This document shows positions 17,646-27,108 of a stretch of 64,000 nt of DNA, piece by piece. The notes beneath the pieces are model-generated. The model was not told where the DNA came from and did no database searches. It worked only from the letters and a program-made list of their open reading frames with translations. Origin of the DNA: a candidate division WWE3 bacterium RIFOXYC1_FULL_40_10 (GTDB lineage Bacteria; Patescibacteriota; WWE3; UBA101185; UBA10185). The first letter of the stretch is position 1. Each line of letters opens with the position of its first letter. Both the position numbers and the translations under genes were made by a program. The stretch covers positions 322,473 to 386,472 of the forward strand of contig MEWB01000001.1 in the NCBI GenBank assembly GCA_001773215.1. The letters are read 5' to 3'.

Positions 17646-20405
17646 TCACTTTCTAACTGCTAGATCTACTGTATTGTACACACTACGCGCCTTGTTATCT
17701 TTGAATATGTTCTTGTTAAATTTGTTGGTTTCAGGGACAGTAAGTGAATAAATTCCGTACCGGTTTGCTTCTATAGTATTACCTGAAAATTCGTTGTACC
17801 CGCTTTTTATATAAATGCCTTTAGTGCTGCTACTAATATAGTTGTCTTTTACCAAATTGTTTTCGGCTCCTGAGTAAAGATAGAACCCGTATGCAAAATT
17901 ATCTCTCGTGGTGTTATTTATAAAAGCGTTATTTTTAGATTCGGCATTTACTCTTATTCCTTTATTATTCCTCTCTAAGTTGTTCTCCTTAATTAAATTG
18001 GAGTCTGAGTTGTAAATTGCAATTCCATCTTCGTTCCCGTAAACAGTGTTTCCGATAATGTAATTATTATTCGAGTCTTCGTGCAACATTATCCCGTGGA
18101 GCTTATTGTTATAGGAAGTGTTATTGACAATGTAATTGTTAAAACATCTCTTGGAAAAAATTATTCCGTGTGTTCCATTGTTATAAGATATATTGTTTTC
18201 GACTAAAAAGTTATTTGAATCATCGTGTGGATCCAAGCCATAGGCAATATTGTCATAAAACTGGTTATTTTTCCAAATCATCCCTGATGTTCCATATGTA
18301 TACGCCCCAAAGTAATTATCATGGAACTTGCTATTCATAATTTCCCCGGTCATAAAATTACTGCCGAATGATCTCGAAGGAATCCTCCAGGAGACCCCGT
18401 ATGTACCTCCTTCGGATATATCTTTAGCCTTGTATCCAAGATAGCTCAGTTCAGAATTATAGATATCGAATCTGCCGTTTCCTTTTGCTAATATATAGGC
18501 TCTTCCGTCTGAGTAATCGCTGTCGATTGTTCCGTTAACCTCGTCCCAAGATGTAATTTTTATGCCATCCATAGTTAATCTCCCGTTATTGGTTTCTAGC
18601 TTAACATATCCCTCCGCATCGCTTTTCAGTTTGATCCAGCTGGCTTCTGATAAGTTTATATCCAGGCTCACTCCGTTACCTATCATAATATTAGAAGTAA
18701 TGAGCCATGTTTTGGGATCAACTTCCTTGATGTGAGTGTATCCATCTAGTTCTGCGAGTCTTTTTAGAGTTAAACTCGACCCTCTACCAGCAACCGCCAG
18801 GCTATTTGATAGCTCACTATATGTTACCTGAGTGTAAGGAAAACGATAACTTTCAAAGTTAAAAATTCTAAGTGGAGTAAAGGCATTATCTTTTAAAGGT
18901 ATTGTAAGCGTTGTTCCAACATCAATACGGTTCCAATTAGGCAAAATGTTGAAATTGTATTTCACAATATCTTCCGGTGATGTGGCATACTTTTCTGCTA
19001 TTGTAGTAAGAGTTTCGCCCTTGGTAACAACATGCCTGGTCGCTATTGGAGCATACTCTTTTACCTCGGAAACATTTTGGAGCTGGCTTTCTAAAACCAG
19101 ATCAGAAGAAGCGGGCTCTCTTAGCAGATCTTGCTTATAAGCGGCAGTTCTTAGTATCACAGGGGTACTGACGAAAGAAATCAGGCATGTAGTTAAAAAT
19201 ATCTGGCTAAGGTTACTGAAAAAGCTAAATTTCTGCAGTCTGTGAGCATCCCATCTGGTAATCCACCCCTGCGTATTAAGTGATATTAATGCGTATATTT
19301 TAATAATTGCGCTAAAAAAGCTAAACGGGACATACAATGGCACTAACACAATGTCTGTTGGGCTTTTTTTAAGATGGGGCCACAACTTAATAGTTCTGCT
19401 AAACAGCCACCAAGCAGCTATTATACCTGCCGAGGTCCATGATTTAAGGTACAGGGCTGCGATAAAGAATAGTGGCGACAGCAGTAAAGTAAAGGGTTGG
19501 ATAGCACTATCGATAAAACCTATGAGAAATATCGGATTCTTTTGAACAAACTTGAGCTTGAAAAACGCATAAAGGTCCTCTCTCCAGGAGTTTCGTGTCC
19601 AACGAATTTTTTGCTTGATGAAGTTTGAGAAGTTTTTCATTCCGGGAGTGTATACCCTCGAGGTGCTCTGGTAGTATGTATGCCATCCTGCATTTTGTAA
19701 GGTATACGTTAGCCTTTTATCGTCTCCCGATATTACTTTTTGGCCAAAAAAGGTTTCCGACACTAAGTCATCTAGGAGGGGAAGTACTGCTTCTCTTCGA
19801 TAGAAGGCTGTTCTGCCTGATAAGCATCTTAGGTAGGGTCCTGATACCGACAAAAAAGGCATATCATCGTTGTATCGAAGGTCAAGAAGGATCGCAAAAG
19901 CCCTTTGCGCCAGTGTCAAAGGTTTTAATACAGCTTGATTAGTAGCTACTCCCCCAACGGTGGGATCATTAAACGGGCATAAACCGTTTTTTAAGACGTC
20001 TTCATCCCAAATAGTGTCGCAATCCACCAAGGCCACTATTTTACCCTTAGCTTTTCGTATCCCATCCGCTAAAGCCTCTCGTTTACCCGGGGTTTTCGTA
20101 ATTATTAATACCGACTTCTTAAACTGGGCAGAAAAGTTTTTAAATACATCAATACACTTGTAATCGGTGTAATCTATCACAGCAATTATTTCGCTGGGTT
20201 TATTCTTCACCCACGAGTTTAATGCAAGAGTAAAAACCTCGGGGGTTTCGTTATAAACGGGAGTAATTATTGAAACAGTATTCTTATAGGGATTGCTTTT
20301 GGGTCGATAAAACGAACTGACTACTTTCTTAATTAGCCATATACTCCATCTCCATATTCCTATAACTCCTATTGGAGCTATAAAGATAACATCGGCAAGA
20401 TTCAT
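17646..20405 (-). CDS. Fusion: processive GT2 polysaccharide synthase + LysM + AlgG-like right-handed beta-helix
   Basis: GKREAL, DCD, CLSGRTAFYR, GDDKRLT, QKIRW, WITR; LysM HVVTKGETLTTIAEKY; beta-helix with YGLDPHDDS and HGIIFS. Confidence 0.88.
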   Translation of the reverse strand: MNLADVIFIAPIGVIGIWRWSIWLIKKVVSSFYRPKSNPYKNTVSIITPVYNETPEVFTLALNSWVKNKPSEIIAVIDYTDYKCIDVFKNFSAQFKKSVLIITKTPGKREALADGIRKAKGKIVALVDCDTIWDEDVLKNGLCPFNDPTVGGVATNQAVLKPLTLAQRAFAILLDLRYNDDMPFLSVSGPYLRCLSGRTAFYRREAVLPLLDDLVSETFFGQKVISGDDKRLTYTLQNAGWHTYYQSTSRVYTPGMKNFSNFIKQKIRWTRNSWREDLYAFFKLKFVQKNPIFLIGFIDSAIQPFTLLLSPLFFIAALYLKSWTSAGIIAAWWLFSRTIKLWPHLKKSPTDIVLVPLYVPFSFFSAIIKIYALISLNTQGWITRWDAHRLQKFSFFSNLSQIFLTTCLISFVSTPVILRTAAYKQDLLREPASSDLVLESQLQNVSEVKEYAPIATRHVVTKGETLTTIAEKYATSPEDIVKYNFNILPNWNRIDVGTTLTIPLKDNAFTPLRIFNFESYRFPYTQVTYSELSNSLAVAGRGSSLTLKRLAELDGYTHIKEVDPKTWLITSNIMIGNGVSLDINLSEASWIKLKSDAEGYVKLETNNGRLTMDGIKITSWDEVNGTIDSDYSDGRAYILAKGNGRFDIYNSELSYLGYKAKDISEGGTYGVSWRIPSRSFGSNFMTGEIMNSKFHDNYFGAYTYGTSGMIWKNNQFYDNIAYGLDPHDDSNNFLVENNISYNNGTHGIIFSKRCFNNYIVNNTSYNNKLHGIMLHEDSNNNYIIGNTVYGNEDGIAIYNSDSNLIKENNLERNNKGIRVNAESKNNAFINNTTRDNFAYGFYLYSGAENNLVKDNYISSSTKGIYIKSGYNEFSGNTIEANRYGIYSLTVPETNKFNKNIFKDNKARSVYNTVDLAVRK

Positions 20406-21313
20406 TTCTTATTATTTTCTTTTGTATTTATACGGTCAATTAGTGTGTAATTTGCTTTTATAGTTGCCTCAAGCACCTTAGCGTCGTACCCTTTGGTTTT
20501 CGCGTAAGAAAGGAAAGCCTCGGTATCTTTTGGCAAACAACTACCCTTAAAAGGCCCAAAGTCTCGCACTCCATATGCAGGATTCCACATACCCTCACAG
20601 CTTTTAGCCACTAGATCAAGTATATTCTGAGTATTCAAATTTAAATCGTTGCAAATATCTCTAAACTCGTTGAAGTACGCAATTTTTACAGCATTAAACA
20701 GATTGTGAATATATTTTTGAATCTCTGCCTCTTCCAAAGTTACTCTATAAATTGGTGCATCGAAAACTGAGTATAGCGCTTCCAAAGTATCTCCCGATTT
20801 TTTGTCGTATTCTCCGATTACTATTATCCAGGGCTTTGTGAAATCACTCTCGGCTGTAGCCTCACGTAGATACTCTGGGTTCATACATACTCCGAAATCC
20901 TTCCCGGCTTTTTTACCAGAATACTCTTCAAGCGTTTTAATTATAAGATTTCTGGTTGTACCCGGAAGTAAAGTGCTTCGGTCGACGACCAGATGATATT
21001 TGTCACTATTTGCTAATCTCTTACCTAAATCCTTGCAGGCTTCTTTTAGATTAGTTAGATTGATTAAACCGTTAACTGTGGGAGTTGAAACACTAAGAAA
21101 AGAAATATCAAAATCGTTTTGCCCATTAAGTTCCGAGGTCACATAGGCCTTATAACCTTTGCTTCTTAAAAACGCGACTCTTTTGGGATCGATATCCAGA
21201 AAAGTAACATCCAAGTTTCTTTTAATAAAACCTAATCCGGAGGCGTAACCTACTACTCCTGATCCAATGATTGATAGTTTTAATTGGCTTGTTACTTTTT
21301 TTACTGCACGCAT
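20402..21313 (-). CDS. UDP-glucose/GDP-mannose dehydrogenase family, short form without the C-terminal domain
   Basis: IGSGVVG, VSTP, RSTLLPG, NPEYLRE, GSCLPKD; ATGA overlap with the synthase. Confidence 0.9.
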   Translation of the reverse strand: MRAVKKVTSQLKLSIIGSGVVGYASGLGFIKRNLDVTFLDIDPKRVAFLRSKGYKAYVTSELNGQNDFDISFLSVSTPTVNGLINLTNLKEACKDLGKRLANSDKYHLVVDRSTLLPGTTRNLIIKTLEEYSGKKAGKDFGVCMNPEYLREATAESDFTKPWIIVIGEYDKKSGDTLEALYSVFDAPIYRVTLEEAEIQKYIHNLFNAVKIAYFNEFRDICNDLNLNTQNILDLVAKSCEGMWNPAYGVRDFGPFKGSCLPKDTEAFLSYAKTKGYDAKVLEATIKANYTLIDRINTKENNKK

Positions 21314-21357
21314 ATAATTTGTATTTAGGCAGTAATGGGTTGCATGCTATCACTTTG

Positions 21358-22731
21358 TTATTTCGTAGTCAATCGGTTAAAGAATATTCTGTATGTTTCC
21401 CCTAATTCCTTTTCGTAAAACAAATAGTATTCCTCAGTTATACTCGAGGCTAGCTGGGGATAAAGCACATTGTCGGTACTTGATATAGATATAGGGCTGC
21501 TAAAGCCGGCAGTAGTCTCTTTGTAGTATGAGACGTAACCAAATGATGCTTCAGGGTCGTCTTTAGGAAAATCCGAGCTATCCCTGTTTTCCATCCACGA
21601 TACTGCAAATCCTGTTTTGCTACTGCCAACAACAGGGAACATTTGGTAATGGTCAGATTCTCGAATCACTCTCGGATTCGACCATTTGTCATTTTTATAA
21701 ATTGAGTAGAAAATTTGGGATGGTTTTCCTTCGTCGGGTTGCTGTCTCCATACCGCCATTAATTCTGAACCATTATACCCTACGCTCGCGTGCCTGGCGT
21801 CGAGGTTTGATTTCGATAAGTTGTCCCAGGTTGACCAACTATTGCCGTTGTCCGTAGATATGGAGTGCCATATCTGTTGGATTCCATCCTCCATACTTTG
21901 GCTCGAATACATAAACAAGTGAAGTCTGCCCCCTGAATCAACCACTAAGCTAGGCCTGGATTGAGTATTACTCGGTGTGGCCTGAACATTTTTCCACGGG
22001 CTAAAGTCTTTACCCTTATTTTTCGACAGACTGAATTTTATTTGTTGCTGACCATTATCGGAGTCCTTGCCCTCCCACACCACATAAACAAACTCTTTAT
22101 AAGTTGTTACTTGGGGATGCTCTTGCCAGTAGTCATCATCATCATAGCCGGATACTATGGCAATGTTTATCCAATTAGACCAGGAACGTCCTTTATCGAC
22201 GGATTTAGAATATTTAATTTGCCTTCCCAATTGCTCGTTATCCGGATCCAACCCGTACCAAACTACGTGAACTATGTCGTCTTCTGAAATTGTAAGTGAT
22301 GGAACTCTTTGAGTGGCTCCATTTCCGACCACTGAAACAGGTGTCTCATCTCCTGAGACGGCATACCTGCTGGGACCCAATTTTTCAAGCTTAGTTACAA
22401 AAATTTCCTCATTATCTTTATATATTTTTCTATATGCCGTATAGATACTACCCGTACTATCGAGAGCTATTTTATTTTGGCCGGTATACCCTAGTGCTTT
22501 ATAGTCCTCTACGGTATTTATCTCATACCCGACTTTAAGTTTATAACTTGGCTCTGTAGTTTGAGTTATGGTAGAAGTGGTTTCTGGTATTTCCGGTGGA
22601 GTGATATTTTGAACTGGTACCGTTACTGTTTTATAAACTTTTTTTGTGGTAGAAGACATAAGCAGATATATAAAGGCACAACTGACTATTAGTAAGATCG
22701 TGAAAAGCACCCACATAAGTTTCCTTGGCAT
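21358..22731 (-). CDS. Membrane-anchored BNR/Asp-box beta-propeller protein (sialidase/lyase-like fold)
   Basis: SVDKGRSW, SKNKGKDF, STDNGNSW; N-terminal TM and Thr/Pro linker. Confidence 0.82.
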   Translation of the reverse strand: MPRKLMWVLFTILLIVSCAFIYLLMSSTTKKVYKTVTVPVQNITPPEIPETTSTITQTTEPSYKLKVGYEINTVEDYKALGYTGQNKIALDSTGSIYTAYRKIYKDNEEIFVTKLEKLGPSRYAVSGDETPVSVVGNGATQRVPSLTISEDDIVHVVWYGLDPDNEQLGRQIKYSKSVDKGRSWSNWINIAIVSGYDDDDYWQEHPQVTTYKEFVYVVWEGKDSDNGQQQIKFSLSKNKGKDFSPWKNVQATPSNTQSRPSLVVDSGGRLHLFMYSSQSMEDGIQQIWHSISTDNGNSWSTWDNLSKSNLDARHASVGYNGSELMAVWRQQPDEGKPSQIFYSIYKNDKWSNPRVIRESDHYQMFPVVGSSKTGFAVSWMENRDSSDFPKDDPEASFGYVSYYKETTAGFSSPISISSTDNVLYPQLASSITEEYYLFYEKELGETYRIFFNRLTTK

Positions 22732-22790
22732 ATGGTCATTTTACCAGACTAAAGTAGTGTCCGTACACTCAGGCATTTGACTTATAGGAT

Positions 22791-22839
22791 TTGGATTTCA
22801 AATATCTGCGTGTTATAATCCCACAAAGTTCTTTGCAAA
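22791..22839 (+). promoter_or_regulatory. Sigma70-type promoter with boxA-like leader sequence
   Basis: TTGGAT-17-TATAAT with TG extension; GTTCTTTGCAAA at 22828-22839. Confidence 0.55.
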
Positions 22840-22892
22840 TTTAATAACTAACAGCCAAAGACAATTATATCCTATAGGAAAAGGAGCGTGAT

Positions 22893-23966
22893 ATGAGATC
22901 CACAGTTAAAGTATTTCTCGCCGTGGTTCTGGTGTTTTTACTAGCCAGCCCGGCGTTGGCCGAAGATTACATTACGGCGGCAGTTAATACGCTACAGAAT
23001 GCACGAGTATATGTATATCCCGGTACTGAAGGCACCGATTACTATACTTCTGCAAAGCTGGAAAGTTTGTTGCGGGATGGTGATGATCTGGTTCTTGTGA
23101 TGCTTCCGGCAGAGGCAGAAGCGGGAACAGATTTGCTCACCTTGGCTCGCAGTTTGTCCGAAGGTTTGGAAGACACTAAAATTATCGGACTTGCTGTTGG
23201 AAGAAAAGTTATTGGGTATGCTCCCAACCTACCTGTTGGAGTGGCCGCTGATCAAATGGAGCGCGCTAAGAGTGTTTCCAACGATTCTGTAACAGCTCTT
23301 GTTACTTTCTCGAGGAACATTCATCTGTGGCAAAAGGCGAATGTTAAGCAAACTCCCACACCACTTCCCACTATCACCCCTATTCCAAAGCCCACTTCTA
23401 CTCCCAGACCACCAATGTTACCAGAGGTAAAGAGAAAGCTATCTTGGTTAAGTGTAATATTCGTGATTTCACTAGTTGTTGTCGGGTTAGGTACACTAGT
23501 TGCCAGATCGCAACCGCTGTTTCTAATGAGTAAGCGGAAGCGAACTCTAAAACAAACCGAGCTTCAGATCAAAGGCATCCAAGAGGATGTGGGTTTGATT
23601 AGAGATTACAGAGTGAGAACTGAACTTTCTCATGCCTGTTTGGTTGCACTTGGCCTTGTGGAACTGCTTGAGATAGAAGGGAAGTCGCAAAGCTACACTG
23701 AACTGCAGCTACCTGTTTTGATAGGTAATATGGGAATTCAGGTTAAGTCCTTTCTAGGCCACGAGTCTAAAAGGCATCCAATTTCTCAGACGATGAATCA
23801 GAAATTAAGGGAGGTGTTGTTTAACTACGACGACTTGTTCACTAAGCTTCAGGAGGGTAATGAGAGTGCGACCGACTTACTCGCTTCGATAATCGAATCC
23901 AATAACGCAATGATTCAAGCCTTAGGCTATTTGCCCGAGGATCCTAATAAGAATGATCAGAGATAA
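22893..23966 (+). CDS. Membrane protein: exported TPM-like domain, Pro/Thr linker, TM, XpaC-like helical C-terminus
   Basis: Signal peptide ALA-E, PTPLPTITPIPKPT linker, one TM; domain names are inference. Confidence 0.65.
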   Translation: MRSTVKVFLAVVLVFLLASPALAEDYITAAVNTLQNARVYVYPGTEGTDYYTSAKLESLLRDGDDLVLVMLPAEAEAGTDLLTLARSLSEGLEDTKIIGLAVGRKVIGYAPNLPVGVAADQMERAKSVSNDSVTALVTFSRNIHLWQKANVKQTPTPLPTITPIPKPTSTPRPPMLPEVKRKLSWLSVIFVISLVVVGLGTLVARSQPLFLMSKRKRTLKQTELQIKGIQEDVGLIRDYRVRTELSHACLVALGLVELLEIEGKSQSYTELQLPVLIGNMGIQVKSFLGHESKRHPISQTMNQKLREVLFNYDDLFTKLQEGNESATDLLASIIESNNAMIQALGYLPEDPNKNDQR

Positions 23967-23976
23967 GGAGATAGCT

Positions 23977-24978
23977 ATGAAGAAACTGATTTGTCTGAGT
24001 TTGCTATTGGTTTTACTGGCCGGAATTCTGACGGCCTGCATATCGGCAGCATCTTCGACAGCAAGTTGTGCCTTTGTGGTCGGTAGTGGCTACAACGGCA
24101 ACGATTCCAAGTTGCACAAAGTAATCTTTCCCGGGCAGCAGGTCATTGTTGGTACGGACGAAGTTGTATCCTACTTTCCGTGTAACTCACGGAATTACAT
24201 CATCAACGATGGCAGCGTCAAGGATTTAAAAGGAAAGCCAGTGGGTGACCGAGCGCAATTGATTGAAGCTACGACTTCAACCGGTGTGCCGATTAAAATT
24301 GCAGCCAGGGCACTGTGGACCCTTAACCAGTCAGAGGATGCCATGGAGGCTTTCTACCAGGTATGTTTTAAATACAAGTGTGCCAGTGAGAAAGATCAAA
24401 GCGGCGACCAAAATTTCTCGACGGACGGTTGGAATGGCATGCTTGCCGAGAACATGGGTCCTGCAATGGAAACTGCTGCAAAGTACGCGGCATTCGAGGT
24501 TGATGATTCAATCTGGAATGTACAGGATCCTAAGCAGATAGAGGACCTCCAAGACAAGATGTCGGCGATTTTCGATGATGTAATGCGCGCGAATTTGGGG
24601 TACCCAGTGGATTTGTTCTGTGGATCAGGGAATTCGGCTTGGAGTGATCCTGAGCACCCTGGTGAAGGTGATTTTGTTTGTACACCTGTGCGTATTATTG
24701 TTGACTCAGTGCAGCGTGGTGATATTCAAAACGGGGAAAGTACGATGGGACTGATAGAATTGAACAAGCAGCGCCTCCAAAACGCTGTAGCTATCTATGG
24801 TTCCGTTGAAAATGCTGCATTCTGGCTTGCCTTGCAGGATTCGATCGAAAAGTGTAAAGGTTCTGGGGCGACCTGCGTTTTCAACATTGGGTTTCCGACA
24901 ACTTACCCGGTAGTTTTACCAGCGGGCGACAATGTAGCGTTACCTACTCCCGCTCCAACGGCTACAGCGCAACCTTAG
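23977..24978 (+). CDS. SPFH/band-7-like lipoprotein
   Basis: AAGGAG SD, lipobox LTAC, GVPIKIAARALWTLN, DGWNGML. Confidence 0.65.
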   Translation: MKKLICLSLLLVLLAGILTACISAASSTASCAFVVGSGYNGNDSKLHKVIFPGQQVIVGTDEVVSYFPCNSRNYIINDGSVKDLKGKPVGDRAQLIEATTSTGVPIKIAARALWTLNQSEDAMEAFYQVCFKYKCASEKDQSGDQNFSTDGWNGMLAENMGPAMETAAKYAAFEVDDSIWNVQDPKQIEDLQDKMSAIFDDVMRANLGYPVDLFCGSGNSAWSDPEHPGEGDFVCTPVRIIVDSVQRGDIQNGESTMGLIELNKQRLQNAVAIYGSVENAAFWLALQDSIEKCKGSGATCVFNIGFPTTYPVVLPAGDNVALPTPAPTATAQP

Positions 24979-25003
24979 TAAATTGATCTTGTAAGTTTAT
25001 TCG

Positions 25004-25040
25004 TCCCCCGAGAGCAAATGTTTTCGGGGGATTTTCTTTT
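25004..25040 (+). terminator. Intrinsic terminator
   Basis: TCCCCCGA/TCGGGGGA stem plus T-tract. Confidence 0.8.
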
Positions 25041-25061
25041 GACTCAAGCTGTGATGTTACC

Positions 25062-25090
25062 TTGACAAACAGACCTATAACTATTAAAAT
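25062..25090 (+). promoter_or_regulatory. Sigma70-type promoter
   Basis: TTGACA-17-TAAAAT. Confidence 0.75.
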
Positions 25091-25138
25091 TCTCAAGAAT
25101 CATCAGACTATAAGACCAATAGAACAAAGGAGTAAGGT

Positions 25139-26455
25139 ATGAATAAAGGTAAAATGCTTGACCCTAAGAATTTGTTTGCTGATATTGGAAACCCAGGGAA
25201 GCTTACAACTGCTCAGGATGGTGAGGAAGCTGCGGAGCAAGCAGGGGTAGCTGCCGAAATTAAGGCCATGAAGATTAAGAATGAGCTTGATAATCAGGAA
25301 GCCCAGATCGAACAAGCTACGGCTTTAATTGTGAGTCGTACACAAGCAATTCAAGAGAACCATGAGCTTTTTGATTTACACACTGTTATTTTCGGGTGGT
25401 TTCCCCCGGATGAAGTCAAAAAGGCAAACGCCTTGGTAGATGCTCGTAAAGCTACTGCATTGAATATCGATTCTGCAGCCAGCTATGGAGTTGTGCCTGA
25501 TAATGTAGTGGCACAATTCGTTAATTCTGCTGCTACCAGAGCTGCTGGACAGGCACGTTTGGAAGTTGCCAGGGTGCTTGATCAGGCTACTGGCGTTACT
25601 CGAAAAATTGCCGAAGACGAAAGCATCTCAGCTGACGAGGTCTCTAAGAAGGCGCAAAAGCTACTGGATAAATGGCACGACGCCCAGGTTCTAAATGCAC
25701 TGTTCAACCGCCTGTTTAAGCAGACACTGAACCGTGTGACCGATTACCAAAATCGGTTAGCGGGTGTTGGTAATGACTTAGCAAAGAAGCAAGTAACGCT
25801 GGAGACTATTTCTGCGTCCTTGTATGCTCGCCAGGAGTTGGTAAAGCGGTGTCTTTTTGACACCTGTGTTTCGGGTCTTGCTCTTGTGACAATCCTTGCT
25901 CAACAGCACGAAGTTCTTCATGACCTTGAGGTGAGCAAAAATAAGGACAGAAATTCTCCTCCTCAGGTATACGCCCAGAGGATTCAGGAGCAAGAAGCTT
26001 TGATCGAAATTACTACCAAGCGACTGGTGGACATTAAAGCGTTTGCAATTAAGCTAATCGGGTTGTACAGCGTGCTTGGTAACACACGGTTCAATGTTGC
26101 AATCATCAAGGCCGATGTTGTTTTCACCAGGACGAACCTGATGGCAACCCTAGGGTTACAGCTGGGTTTAGTTGTGGATATCATTTCCACTCTTCGAATT
26201 AGCAAAGCCGCTGGGGACATTCGCGAAGCCGAGGCCGAAGCAGCTGAAAAGGTGGGAGTGTCTACACAGGCTTTGGACGAGGCTGGCAATAAGGCTTTAA
26301 CAGACGTTCAGACTACAATCAGGAGTTTGAGGGCTACTGTTAATGCAGCGGTAGTAGGTATCAAGAATACGCACGCCAACCTCCAACGCGTCGCTGACAT
26401 GAATACTCAGGCAGAAAAGGAGTTTGCCGAGTTATTCGCAACGATGGCTGTGTAA
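25139..26455 (+). CDS. Coiled-coil protein, remote TelA/KlaA-like
   Basis: All-helical 438 aa, AAAGGAG SD; family call is weak. Confidence 0.55.
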   Translation: MNKGKMLDPKNLFADIGNPGKLTTAQDGEEAAEQAGVAAEIKAMKIKNELDNQEAQIEQATALIVSRTQAIQENHELFDLHTVIFGWFPPDEVKKANALVDARKATALNIDSAASYGVVPDNVVAQFVNSAATRAAGQARLEVARVLDQATGVTRKIAEDESISADEVSKKAQKLLDKWHDAQVLNALFNRLFKQTLNRVTDYQNRLAGVGNDLAKKQVTLETISASLYARQELVKRCLFDTCVSGLALVTILAQQHEVLHDLEVSKNKDRNSPPQVYAQRIQEQEALIEITTKRLVDIKAFAIKLIGLYSVLGNTRFNVAIIKADVVFTRTNLMATLGLQLGLVVDIISTLRISKAAGDIREAEAEAAEKVGVSTQALDEAGNKALTDVQTTIRSLRATVNAAVVGIKNTHANLQRVADMNTQAEKEFAELFATMAV

Positions 26456-26472
26456 TTTTTAAGGAAGAAGTT

Positions 26473-26505
26473 GCTCCCCGATAATAAAAATATCGGGGAG
26501 CTTTT
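26473..26505 (+). terminator. Intrinsic terminator
   Basis: GCTCCCCGATA/TATCGGGGAGC plus TTTT. Confidence 0.8.
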
Positions 26506-26528
26506 AGTTCCTAATGGTATAATATAGT

Positions 26529-27101
26529 ATGCGGAAAAACTTCATTCCACTCATAATCATTTCTACTTTGCTCTTGGCGTTAGGATTGGCATATTCTCAG
26601 TATCAGTCTAGTCAAAGAAACAATGAGACTGCAAATTCCCTGAATACCCCTGATCTAGCGGGGGACAGAATTATAAACTTTAGCGGAAAAGGGTTAAAAA
26701 CAGTACCGGCAGACTTGCTAAATAATAATGCCTTACTTGAGCTTAATCTTAGTGCAAATGCAATTACTTCCTTGCCCTCGCAGATACAAGCTTGGGTAGA
26801 TTTGGAAGTATTTAATGTAGAAAAAAATCGATTGACGTCACTGCCGGCCGAAATAAGGTTCTTCACTAAATTAACTACTCTTGATGCAAGCGGAAATAGA
26901 CTCACAGGTTTACCCGCAGAAATTGGTCAACTAACCAATCTCATAGAGCTAGATCTGTCGGATAATGATATTACCGAGGTTCCAAACGAAATACTTACTC
27001 TTTTGGGTTTAGAGTCCCTGGATATTAGGGGAAATCCTATAAAGGCTGCTCACCTCAAGAGCTTACAGGATAGCCTACCTAATACAGACATCCAGTTCTA
27101 A
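26529..27101 (+). CDS. Membrane-anchored leucine-rich repeat protein
   Basis: About five LxxLxLxxNxLxxLPxEI repeats. Confidence 0.92.
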   Translation: MRKNFIPLIIISTLLLALGLAYSQYQSSQRNNETANSLNTPDLAGDRIINFSGKGLKTVPADLLNNNALLELNLSANAITSLPSQIQAWVDLEVFNVEKNRLTSLPAEIRFFTKLTTLDASGNRLTGLPAEIGQLTNLIELDLSDNDITEVPNEILTLLGLESLDIRGNPIKAAHLKSLQDSLPNTDIQF

Positions 27102-27108
27102 TAAAGCT

